Shown here: positions 56,473-64,000 of the stretch, piece after piece | Layout of the letters: each line of letters starts with the position of its first letter | How positions within the stretch are numbered: the first letter of the stretch is position 1 | Assembly: GCA_001767495.1 (NCBI GenBank) | Contig: MELA01000141.1 | Location: 933 to 64,932 of the forward strand | DNA: 64,000 bases | Reading direction: 5' to 3' | Origin: Acidobacteria bacterium RIFCSPLOWO2_12_FULL_65_11 | GTDB lineage: Bacteria; Acidobacteriota; Vicinamibacteria; Vicinamibacterales; CAVVIG01 | The notes under the pieces: generated by a model | Seen by the model: the letters and a program-made list of their open reading frames with translations, nothing else | Database searches by the model: none | Told to the model about the DNA's origin: nothing | Program-made: the position numbers and the translations under genes

Positions 56473-57693
56473 GTGGCTCCGCTCAAGGCTTCCGCCGACG
56501 CGATTGCTGTCGCCGCCCGCGTCAGTCGCTTCACGTATGCCATCCGCAACATCGTCGCGGAGGCGAAGAAGGTCGAGGCGGCGGGCCTGCGCGTGCGGTA
56601 TCTCAATATCGGAGACCCGGTGGCCTTCGGGTTCAAGACGCCACCCCATCTCATCGCCGCCGTCGAGCGCGCCTTGCGGGACGGGCACAACGGGTACGGT
56701 CCCTCGCCCGGTATTGAGCCCGCGCGCGAAGCGGTGGCCGCCGAGTACACCGCGCGCGGGTTCCCGGCATCGGCAGACCGCGTGTTCCTGACGGCCGGGA
56801 CCTCCGAAGGCATCGATCTCGCGCTCGGCGCACTGGTCGACGAGGGCAGCGAGGTGCTGGTCCCGATGCCGACCTATCCTCTCTATACAGCCGTCATCGC
56901 CCGGTTCGGCGCCCGCGCTCTGTACTACCGCACCGACCCAGAGAGAGGCTGGGCGCCGGATCTCGATCACCTCCGGAGCCTCGTGACACCGTCCACGCGG
57001 GTGCTCGTCGTCATCGATCCGAACAATCCGACCGGCGCGTCGTACTCGGTGGCGACGCGACGCGCGCTGCTTGAGGTCGCCGATCGCTACGGGCTCGCGA
57101 TTCTCGCCGATGAGGTCTACGGCGACCTCGGATTCGACGGCCAGGTGGCCCCGCTCGGCAGCCTCGAGCCGGATGCACCGATCGTCTCGCTTTCCAGTCT
57201 GTCGAAGGCGTATCTCGCGCCGGGCTGGCGCACCGGCTGGATGACCGTCGGCCGCTCGCCTCGGCTCAATGACGTTGTGAAGGCGGTCGCCAAGCTGGCC
57301 GACGGCCGCCTTTGCAGCACCGTGCCGATGCAGTACGCGGTGGCTGCCGCGCTGACCGGCGATCGGTCACATCAAGTGTTATTCCGCGCGGCACTGCGGG
57401 AACGGGCCGCGTTGACCGTCGAGCGGTTGAACGCCATGCCGGGCGTGACGTGCGTGGCTCCCACTGCGGCCTTCTACGTGATGCCGCGGGTGGCCCTGCC
57501 GCCCGGGCGCACCGACCAGGACTACGTCCACGCGCTGCTTGGCGCGACGGGCGTGCTCACCGTCTACGGCTCGGGATTTGGCACCGCTCCCGAGGACGGA
57601 TACCTCCGCATCGTGTACCTCGCCCCTCCCGAGGAGCTCGGCGAGATCTACGACCTCATGGCCGAATTCACCGCGGAGTATCTGAGGGGTTAG
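56473..57693 (+). CDS. PLP-dependent aminotransferase, class I (alanine/aspartate aminotransferase-like)
   Basis: YAIRNIV, LNIGDP, DPNNPTG and SLSKAY (PLP Lys). GTG start. Confidence 0.88.
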   Translation: MAPLKASADAIAVAARVSRFTYAIRNIVAEAKKVEAAGLRVRYLNIGDPVAFGFKTPPHLIAAVERALRDGHNGYGPSPGIEPAREAVAAEYTARGFPASADRVFLTAGTSEGIDLALGALVDEGSEVLVPMPTYPLYTAVIARFGARALYYRTDPERGWAPDLDHLRSLVTPSTRVLVVIDPNNPTGASYSVATRRALLEVADRYGLAILADEVYGDLGFDGQVAPLGSLEPDAPIVSLSSLSKAYLAPGWRTGWMTVGRSPRLNDVVKAVAKLADGRLCSTVPMQYAVAAALTGDRSHQVLFRAALRERAALTVERLNAMPGVTCVAPTAAFYVMPRVALPPGRTDQDYVHALLGATGVLTVYGSGFGTAPEDGYLRIVYLAPPEELGEIYDLMAEFTAEYLRG

Positions 57694-57730
57694 TCGGCAG
57701 TCGGCAGTCGGCAGTCAGCGGTCGGCAGTC
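57692..57730 (+). repeat. tandem heptamer AGTCGGC x5.5
   Basis: AGTCGGC AGTCGGC AGTCGGC AGTCAGC GGTCGGC AGTC fills the whole 39-nt spacer between two genes. Confidence 0.9.
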
Positions 57731-57732
57731 AA

Positions 57733-58914
57733 ATGCGTCGCGATCCGCTCGCCTATCTCTCCGCCGAACTCGACGCGCTCAAAGATCGGGGCCTTTACCG
57801 GCGCCTGCGCGTACTTCAGGGCGAGCAGCGGGCGCAGGCGATCGTCGATGACCGCCAGGTCGTCAACCTCTCCTCGAACAACTATCTCGGCCTGACCACC
57901 CACCCGAAGCTGCGCGAACGGGCGCTCGACGCGACGCGCCAGCTCGGTGTGGGTTCGGGATCGGTCCGCACCATCGCCGGTACGATGGCGATCCACATGG
58001 AGCTCGAGCGGCGGCTGGCGGCGTTCAAGAAGACCGAGGCCGCGGTCGTGTTCCAGAGCGGGTTCGCGGCCAACGCCGGCACCGTCGCGGCCGTGCTCAC
58101 CAAGGACGATGTCGTCGTCTCCGACGAGCTCAATCACGCGAGCATCATCGATGGGTGCCGGCTGAGCCGTGCGGCCATCAGGGTGTTTCCGCACAAAGAC
58201 GTCGACGCCGCGCGGAAGATCCTCCGCGAGCTTCCCTCACGCGGGCGCACGCTCCTCATCACCGACGGCGTCTTCAGCATGGACGGTGACCTCGGCGCGT
58301 TGCCAGACCTCTGCGCACTCGCCGAAGCATTCGGCGCCGTCATGATGGTCGACGATGCCCATGCGAGCGGCGTGTTTGGAAAGAACGGTCGGGGGACGAT
58401 CGATCACTTCGGCCTGCACGGCGGCGTCGACATCCAGGTGGGCACGCTGTCAAAGGCCATCGGCGTGCTCGGCGGGTACGTCGCCGGCAGTCGAGCGCTC
58501 ATCGAGTTTCTGTACCACCGGGCCCGGCCGTTTCTCTTCTCGACATCACATCCGCCGGCTGTGGCCGCCGCGTGCATCGCGGCGCTCGACGTGCTCGAGG
58601 AAGAACCGCAGATCATCGACCGGCTGTGGGACAACACACGGTTCTTCAAGGCCGGCCTCACCTCGCTCGGCTTCAACACCGGCTTGAGCGAGAGCCCGAT
58701 CACGCCGGTCGTCGTGGGCGACGGCACCGTGGCCATGAAGCTGTCGGACCGCTTGTTCGCCGAAGGCGTGTTTGCGCAGGGGATTGCGTTTCCGACGGTG
58801 GCCCAAGGCCAGGCGCGCGTCCGCACGATCGTCACGGCCACCCATACGCGCGACGAGCTGCAATTTGCTCTCGACATCTTCGAGAAAGTGGGTAAAAAGC
58901 TCCAACTCATTTGA
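57733..58914 (+). CDS. kbl: glycine C-acetyltransferase (2-amino-3-ketobutyrate CoA ligase), alpha-oxoamine synthase family
   Basis: NNYLGL, NHASIIDG, GVFSMDGD, VDDAHA, GTLSKA and GQARVRT, colinear with E. coli Kbl as recalled. Confidence 0.8.
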   Translation: MRRDPLAYLSAELDALKDRGLYRRLRVLQGEQRAQAIVDDRQVVNLSSNNYLGLTTHPKLRERALDATRQLGVGSGSVRTIAGTMAIHMELERRLAAFKKTEAAVVFQSGFAANAGTVAAVLTKDDVVVSDELNHASIIDGCRLSRAAIRVFPHKDVDAARKILRELPSRGRTLLITDGVFSMDGDLGALPDLCALAEAFGAVMMVDDAHASGVFGKNGRGTIDHFGLHGGVDIQVGTLSKAIGVLGGYVAGSRALIEFLYHRARPFLFSTSHPPAVAAACIAALDVLEEEPQIIDRLWDNTRFFKAGLTSLGFNTGLSESPITPVVVGDGTVAMKLSDRLFAEGVFAQGIAFPTVAQGQARVRTIVTATHTRDELQFALDIFEKVGKKLQLI

Positions 58915-58939
58915 GGGTTCTAGCGGTTATGATCACCCT

Positions 58940-60685
58940 GTGAGGCTTCGCACCCCTTGGCTGGTCCTAGGGCTTTGGTCCCTGGTGTCGTGGGGCGCCA
59001 GCGCACAGCTCCGCGCTCCAGCGGCCAGCGTCGCACCTATTGTCGAAGGCGAGGCCGCCGCCGGCGGCACGGTTCGCGCCGCGCTCCTCGTCACTCTCCC
59101 AGAAGGCTTTCACGTCCAATCGAACAAGCCCCGCGATCCGTTGCTCGTCGCGACCGAGCTGACCTTCGATCCGACAGAAGGTGTGTCGGTCGAGGAGATC
59201 GTCTTTCCAACTCCGATCGAGCTGAAACTGAATATCGCCGGGTTCGACGAGCCGCTGGCCGTATTCGAGCGTGATTTCTCGATTGGCGTTCGCTTCGCCA
59301 TCGCCTCGACGGTCGCAGGCGGCGAGATTGTCGTCCCGGCCCATCTGCGCTACCAGGCGTGCAACGACACGGTGTGCTTTGCCCCGAAGAACGTGGACGT
59401 GCAGTGGACCGTGCGCGTCGTGCCCGCAGGGACGGCTATCGCGCGTCAGCCCGGCGACGTGCTCGATCGCATCGCCTTCGGCCGTGGCGAAGCACCTGCG
59501 CAAGCGGCCATATCCATCGCCCCGCGCATCTCGTCTCTGTCTGGACCTGATGGTGCGGCGGCCGAGCTCGCCTCGCTCGACAATTTCACCGTCCTCGGAA
59601 CCACGGGCGGCTACCTCGGCAGCGACGACTTTCTGACGTTCATCCACAACGCCGAGAATGGCGTGAGAGAAGCGGGCCTCTTTGAAGGCCGCGGCCCTCT
59701 CGCCATCCTGCTCATCGTCTTCCTCGGCGGCCTGGCGCTCAACCTGACTCCGTGCGTGCTCCCGATGATCCCCATCAACCTGGCGATCATCGGCGCCGGC
59801 ACGCGGGCCGGGTCGCGCGGCCGCGGGTTCCTGCTCGGCGGCGCCTACGGCGCCGCGATGGCATTGGTATACGGCGTCCTCGGTCTGGTGGTGATCCTGA
59901 CGGCCGGTACGTTTGGCACGATCAACGCCTCGCCCTGGTTCAATCTGGGCATCGCCATGCTCTTCGTCGCCCTCGCGCTCGCGATGTTCGACGTCATCAC
60001 GATCGACTTCTCGCGATTCTCGAGTGGTATCGGCGCCGGGGCCACCGGAGGCGGATCGTTCCTGCTCGCCTTCAGCATGGGCGCGGTGGCCGCGCTCCTG
60101 GCGGGCGCATGCGTCGCGCCGGTGGTGATTCAGGTCGTGCTGTTCTCGAGCAACCTCTACGCGGCCGGCACGACCATCGCGCTCGCGCTGCCCTTCTTTC
60201 TCGGAGTCGGCATGGCCGTGCCGTGGCCCATCGCGGGCGCCGGTCTGGCGGCGCTGCCCAAGCCGGGCGCCTGGATGGTACAGGTCAAGCAGGTCTTCGG
60301 CGTCTTCATCCTGGCCACGGCCGTCTATTACGGGTACGTCGCCTACGGCCTGTTCTCGGACCGGTGGGTTGACGCTTCCGAGGTCAACGCGAGCGTCCAG
60401 GAGAAGCTGTTGGCCGGATGGCACCCTTCGCTCGCCGAGGGCCTCGCGACGGCCACGCGCGAGAGCAAACCGGTGCTCATTGACATGTGGGCGACCTGGT
60501 GCAAGAACTGCCTCACCATGGACAAGACGACGCTGAAGGATCCGGCGGTGAGGGCGGCACTCGATGGTTATGTGAAGATCAAGTTTCAGGCCGAGGATCC
60601 GGATCGCCAGCCCGCCAGGGCCGTCATGCAACGCTTCGACGCGATCGGCTTGCCGGCTTACGTCATTCTGAAACCCGAAAACTAG
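58940..60685 (+). CDS. dsbD: thiol:disulfide interchange protein DsbD-like
   Basis: N-terminal DsbD-alpha-like domain, TM core with CVLPMIP, C-terminal thioredoxin WATWCKNC. GTG 58940 start with signal peptide. Confidence 0.85.
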   Translation: MRLRTPWLVLGLWSLVSWGASAQLRAPAASVAPIVEGEAAAGGTVRAALLVTLPEGFHVQSNKPRDPLLVATELTFDPTEGVSVEEIVFPTPIELKLNIAGFDEPLAVFERDFSIGVRFAIASTVAGGEIVVPAHLRYQACNDTVCFAPKNVDVQWTVRVVPAGTAIARQPGDVLDRIAFGRGEAPAQAAISIAPRISSLSGPDGAAAELASLDNFTVLGTTGGYLGSDDFLTFIHNAENGVREAGLFEGRGPLAILLIVFLGGLALNLTPCVLPMIPINLAIIGAGTRAGSRGRGFLLGGAYGAAMALVYGVLGLVVILTAGTFGTINASPWFNLGIAMLFVALALAMFDVITIDFSRFSSGIGAGATGGGSFLLAFSMGAVAALLAGACVAPVVIQVVLFSSNLYAAGTTIALALPFFLGVGMAVPWPIAGAGLAALPKPGAWMVQVKQVFGVFILATAVYYGYVAYGLFSDRWVDASEVNASVQEKLLAGWHPSLAEGLATATRESKPVLIDMWATWCKNCLTMDKTTLKDPAVRAALDGYVKIKFQAEDPDRQPARAVMQRFDAIGLPAYVILKPEN

Positions 60686-60798
60686 TGCGCTTTTCACAAC
60701 GCTGTAGTGTCCGCCTTCAGGCGGACCGCCCGCTGGTCCGGCTAAAGCCGGACACTACGTACTACGGCTACGTACTACGGCGTTGTGAAAAACGCTGT
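60686..60798 (-). mobile_element. MITE-like element copy B (inverted relative to 23131-23230, with a 13-nt tandem duplication)
   Basis: The reverse complement equals copy A nucleotide for nucleotide, except for a duplicated GCCGTAGTACGTA. Confidence 0.85.
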
Positions 60799-60826
60799 AA
60801 GGATCAAGAACGAAGGACCAAGGACA
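60799..60826 (+). repeat. tandem heptamer AAGGANC x4
   Basis: AAGGATC AAGAACG AAGGACC AAGGACA, immediately after the MITE. Confidence 0.7.
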
Positions 60827-60866
60827 ACAGCTTGATGAGAGCTAGACTAGTACCTCTGGAACCTCT

Positions 60867-62060
60867 GTGGTACTCTGGCCGTCGATGCGCTCTCGGACGG
60901 CGAGACTGGCAGTAGCCGCGGTCGCCTGGATGGCTCTCGCAGCCGGTGCATTCTTCGCCATCCGGTTCGAACGGCAGATCGCGACGCGCGCCGCCGACTT
61001 GCGAGCCTTTGACCTCGCCGCGCGCGAAGCCAGCGACGGACTCTCCGATCTGCTGACCGCCGCGCAGGCGTACGTGGCTGTCGGCCAGGGCGTCGGCTTC
61101 TGGTTGCCGAAGGTCACGCAGTCGCTCAACGCCACGACCGGGACGATCGCGTCGCTGCGGCGGTCGGCCGTGAGCCTCGGCGCGCGTTCCGCGCTCGATG
61201 AGGCCGCCGCCGCCGTGATGGAGTTCGGCAGCCTGGACAGGCGCGCGCGCGATTTTCTGACGTCAGGCCAACCGTTCATGGCCAGCAATGTCATCTTCGC
61301 CGAAGGCCATCGCACGGTGACGACCGCCAGCGATGAGGTCGAGGTCGCGCGAGCGGCCGAACGCCAGGCGTTCGACGCCGCCTATACGGCGTTGCGGGGG
61401 CGTCAGGCCGTCGCGCTGGCGGCTTGCGGGACCGTCGCCGCACTGGTCGTCTTCGTGCTTGGCCTGACAGGAGCCGCGAGTTCCCAGTGCAACGATGAAC
61501 CGATCTCGCTCACCGGATCGCAGATAGGAACGTCCGACGGATCGGTGCTCGAGCAGGCGGCGCCACCGCTTCGCGCGGCCTCACCGGCGCTCGGTACGGC
61601 CGCGCGCCTGTGCACCGACTTCGGGCGCGTGCGCAACCTCGACGATCTGACCACGCTTCTCGCGCGCGCGGCCGACGCGATGGATGCCACAGGGCTCATT
61701 GTCTGGCTTGGCAGCGCGGCCGGCGCAGACCTTCAGCCCGTCCTCGCACACGGATACAGCCAGCAGGCCCTGTCACGAATGCCGCCGGTCGTCCGGTCCA
61801 GCAACAACGCCGCCGCCGCCGCGTACCGCACCGGTGAAGTACAAATCGTGGTGTCGCGGCCAGGCTCGTCCGACGGCGCCATTGTCGCGCCCATTCTGTC
61901 GGCGGACGGATGTATCGGAGCACTCTCCGCTGAAATCCGCCATGGCGGCGAGGGATCGGAAAGCGTCCAGGCGCTCGCATCGATTGTCGCCGCCGGGCTC
62001 GCTGGAACCCTGACGGCCTCGGTGACGGAGACCGCGACCGCTAGAGACAAGACCGCTTAA
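60867..62060 (+). CDS. membrane sensor-like protein: two TM segments flanking a helical extracytoplasmic region, plus a C-terminal GAF-like domain and no output domain
   Basis: TM1 LAVAAVAWMALAAGAFFAI and TM2 AVALAACGTVAALVVFVLGL. C-terminal LDDLTTLLARAADAMDATGLIVWL..GALSAE is GAF-like. Start is GTG 60867 or ATG 60885. Confidence 0.6.
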   Translation: MVLWPSMRSRTARLAVAAVAWMALAAGAFFAIRFERQIATRAADLRAFDLAAREASDGLSDLLTAAQAYVAVGQGVGFWLPKVTQSLNATTGTIASLRRSAVSLGARSALDEAAAAVMEFGSLDRRARDFLTSGQPFMASNVIFAEGHRTVTTASDEVEVARAAERQAFDAAYTALRGRQAVALAACGTVAALVVFVLGLTGAASSQCNDEPISLTGSQIGTSDGSVLEQAAPPLRAASPALGTAARLCTDFGRVRNLDDLTTLLARAADAMDATGLIVWLGSAAGADLQPVLAHGYSQQALSRMPPVVRSSNNAAAAAYRTGEVQIVVSRPGSSDGAIVAPILSADGCIGALSAEIRHGGEGSESVQALASIVAAGLAGTLTASVTETATARDKTA

Positions 62061-62062
62061 AT

Positions 62063-62094
62063 TCTGCCATCCTGCCATCCTGCCATCCTGCAAT
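62063..62094. repeat. tandem octamers TCTGCCAT CCTGCCAT CCTGCCAT CCTGCAAT at a convergent gene junction
   Basis: Fills the spacer between stop 62060 and stop 62095. Inverse of 54077-54100. Confidence 0.9.
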
Positions 62095-63879
62095 TCACGT
62101 GGTGATCTTCACGACCACCGCCGTCATGTCGTCGTTTGGCGCCCTGTCACCGCGGAATTGCTGCACGGCGGCAAAGATCCGGTCGACCAGCTCCTGTGCC
62201 GGCCGGCGGGTCGCTTCTTCGATCACCTTCAGGAGGCGTGCGACGCCAAACTCCTCATTGAGCGCGTTGGTCGCCTCGAACACGCCGTCGGTACAAAACA
62301 CAAAGACGTCGCCTGGCGCGAGCGCGAAGACCGCTTCGTCGTAGGTCGAGCCGGCAAACACACCGAGAGGGACACCGGGCAGCTTGACTTGCGACAGCTC
62401 GGCGCCGCTCGACCGAATGGGATACGGCAAGCCGGAGTTGGCCATGGTGACCGAGCGGCGCTTGAAATCGAACACCGCATAACAGAGCGTGCAGTAGTAC
62501 TCCTCGAGCTGCCGCTCGTGCAGGATGGTGTTGGTCGAAGCCAGCACGCCCGCCGGCACGACGCGCTCGGGGCCGTGACGCCGGCGGAACGTGCGCGACC
62601 GCACGAGCTCGCCCGCAAACGCGCCGTACAGGGCGGCCGGCACGCCCTTGCCCGATACGTCGCCAACCGCCACGACCAGACTGTGAGGTTCCGGCGTGAG
62701 AAAGTCGTAGAGGTCGCCGCCAAGCTCGCGCGCCGGCGCCAGCCGCGCCGCCACCTGGGCGCCCTTGAGCCGCGTCGGCAGGTCGGGCAGAAACGCCGCC
62801 TGCACGCGCTCGGCGAACCGAAGCTCCCGCTCCAGCCGGATCTCGTTGGTGCGAATGGTCTGGTAGAGCCGCGCATTCTCGATCGCAACCGCCGCCTGGC
62901 TCGCGAGCAGCGTGAGGATCTCGACATGCGCCTTGGTGAAGGCATCGACCTCGGGGCTCTCGAGGTCGAACACGCCAATGCAGCGTTCTTTGACCAGGAG
63001 CGGAATCACCAGCTCGGACCGCGTATCGTCCACCGCCTTCAGATAGCGCGGATCGGCGAAGACGTCTGGCACCAGGACCGGCGTCTTGTGGAGCGCCGCA
63101 TGGCCGACCAGCCCGTCGCCGATTTTCACACGCGGAATCCGCATCTTGCCGCTTTCAGACACGGAAACCTTCACCTCGAGGTGCTCGCCTTCTTCATCGA
63201 CGAGCAGGATGGCGAACGTGCGATAGTCGATGACCCGGCGCGTGAGGCTGGCGATTCTCCTGAGCAGCTCGTCCAGGTTGAGGATGGCGCCACACTCGCG
63301 GGCGATCTCGGTCAACGTTTCGAGCGTGCTTGTGTGCTCACGCTCGTGTTCGAAGAGCCTGGCGTTCTCGATCGCAACGGCCACATGGGCGGCGAACTGG
63401 CGCAGAATCGCTTCATCGGCCTCGGTGAACTGGCCCGGGGTGTCGCTGAGCAGGTTGAGGGCGCCGATCGCGCGCCCCTTGCGGCGGAGCGGCACGACCA
63501 GCTCGGCGCGGGATCCGGGAACCGCATCTACATACCGGGGATCGTCGCGAACGTCGTTGACGAGAATCGGCTCTCCCTTGGCCACTGCGGCGCCGACCAG
63601 ACCCTGACCGACCTTCACGCGGAGCGTGCGCGCGACCTCATCGGCGTACCCGACCGAGTACGCGATGCGCAGGTCGTCGCGCGTCGCGTCGAGCAGGTAC
63701 ACCGCAAAGGCCTGAAATCTCATCAACCGCGCGATGAGCTGCGGGATCTTCGGCAGCAGTTCGTCGAGGTCGAGGACCGACGTCACCTCCCGCCCGAGCG
63801 CGAACAGCGTCGTCAGCTGCTCGGCGGACGTCGCCGGGGCCGTCGCGGGCGTGGCGCGAGACGTCACGGAATCAGTCAT
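62095..63879 (-). CDS. GAF-GAF-PP2C (SpoIIE/RsbU-type) serine phosphatase
   Basis: Two GAF domains (both ending VAIENARL) followed by PP2C motifs GGDLYDF, VGDVSGKG and DGVFEA..NDDMTAVVV. Confidence 0.9.
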   Translation of the reverse strand: MTDSVTSRATPATAPATSAEQLTTLFALGREVTSVLDLDELLPKIPQLIARLMRFQAFAVYLLDATRDDLRIAYSVGYADEVARTLRVKVGQGLVGAAVAKGEPILVNDVRDDPRYVDAVPGSRAELVVPLRRKGRAIGALNLLSDTPGQFTEADEAILRQFAAHVAVAIENARLFEHEREHTSTLETLTEIARECGAILNLDELLRRIASLTRRVIDYRTFAILLVDEEGEHLEVKVSVSESGKMRIPRVKIGDGLVGHAALHKTPVLVPDVFADPRYLKAVDDTRSELVIPLLVKERCIGVFDLESPEVDAFTKAHVEILTLLASQAAVAIENARLYQTIRTNEIRLERELRFAERVQAAFLPDLPTRLKGAQVAARLAPARELGGDLYDFLTPEPHSLVVAVGDVSGKGVPAALYGAFAGELVRSRTFRRRHGPERVVPAGVLASTNTILHERQLEEYYCTLCYAVFDFKRRSVTMANSGLPYPIRSSGAELSQVKLPGVPLGVFAGSTYDEAVFALAPGDVFVFCTDGVFEATNALNEEFGVARLLKVIEEATRRPAQELVDRIFAAVQQFRGDRAPNDDMTAVVVKITT

Positions 63880-63908
63880 GGATGAATCTTGATAGTATAG
63901 TTTCTCTC

Positions 63909-64000
63909 GTGGACCTGACGCTGCCGCTCGACTACGCCGCGATCGAACGGATCCTCCGGCACCGCTTTCCCTTCCTGCTCGTCGATCGCATCACCGAGCT
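63909..64000 (+). CDS. fabZ: 3-hydroxyacyl-ACP dehydratase FabZ, N-terminal fragment (runs off the window)
   Basis: IERILRHRFPFLLVDRITE matches the FabZ N-terminal ILPHRYPFLLVDR signature. Confidence 0.75.
   Translation, partial: MDLTLPLDYAAIERILRHRFPFLLVDRITE

Noticed and set aside
56272-56970. N-terminal 233 codons of the 548-aa ORF 55324-56970
   Set aside because: This part is antisense to the well-supported aminotransferase (56473-57693) and has no VWA-related sequence. A signal peptide begins at ATG 56271.
58967-60697. 576-aa antisense ORF over dsbD; similarly 62158-63885 over the PP2C gene and 38478-40124 over cusB
   Set aside because: No recognisable domains and biased composition. 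The opposite-strand proteins carry canonical motifs (CVLPMIP/WCKNC; PP2C; HlyD).

Overview
High-GC bacterial chromosomal window, roughly two-thirds G+C by eye. No rRNA, tRNA or CRISPR array was seen. An Acidobacteriota origin is inferred from gene content, for example the TIGR03436-like VWFA-related acidobacterial domain protein and the MFE-type TonB; it is not proven. Housekeeping genes flank both sides. On the left are an AI-2E permease, glutamate dehydrogenase, VapBC, a PAS kinase / receiver / sigma-54 activator set and tandem Usp proteins. On the right are an M23 peptidase, MalQ, aminotransferases, an M49 peptidase, a beta-CASP hydrolase, Kbl, DsbD, a GAF-PP2C phosphatase and the fabZ start. 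The centre, about 11.8-41.9 kb, is a metal-homeostasis island. It holds a TPCP-motif (P1B-5-like) P-type ATPase, a Met/His-rich periplasmic protein next to a frameshifted TonB, and an IS91-family unit (integrase plus Y2 HUH transposase) facing a degraded second IS91 transposase. It also holds a TRASH-domain CopA and three CusCBA/CzcCBA-type RND operons, each led by a small secreted Cys- or His-rich ORF. Signs of decay or rearrangement are visible: the only RND pump with CusA-like Met-triad contexts is frameshifted, and a 22-codon relic of a fourth cusA 3' end survives at 22686-22754. Three kinds of structure are not explained by genes. (i) A REP-like hairpin family occurs in two stem variants related by a compensatory base-pair swap, at 10 loci including one in frame inside copA. 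(ii) Two 100%-identical copies of a roughly 100-nt MITE-like element carry that hairpin pair between 19-nt terminal inverted repeats. (iii) Spacer-specific tandem 7- or 8-mers, often as long periodic palindromes, lie in several intergenic regions, and each family occurs twice. Two good sigma-54 promoter matches (9874, 13847) sit near the sigma-54 activator gene. All calls come from reading the sequence and recalling protein families; no searches were run.
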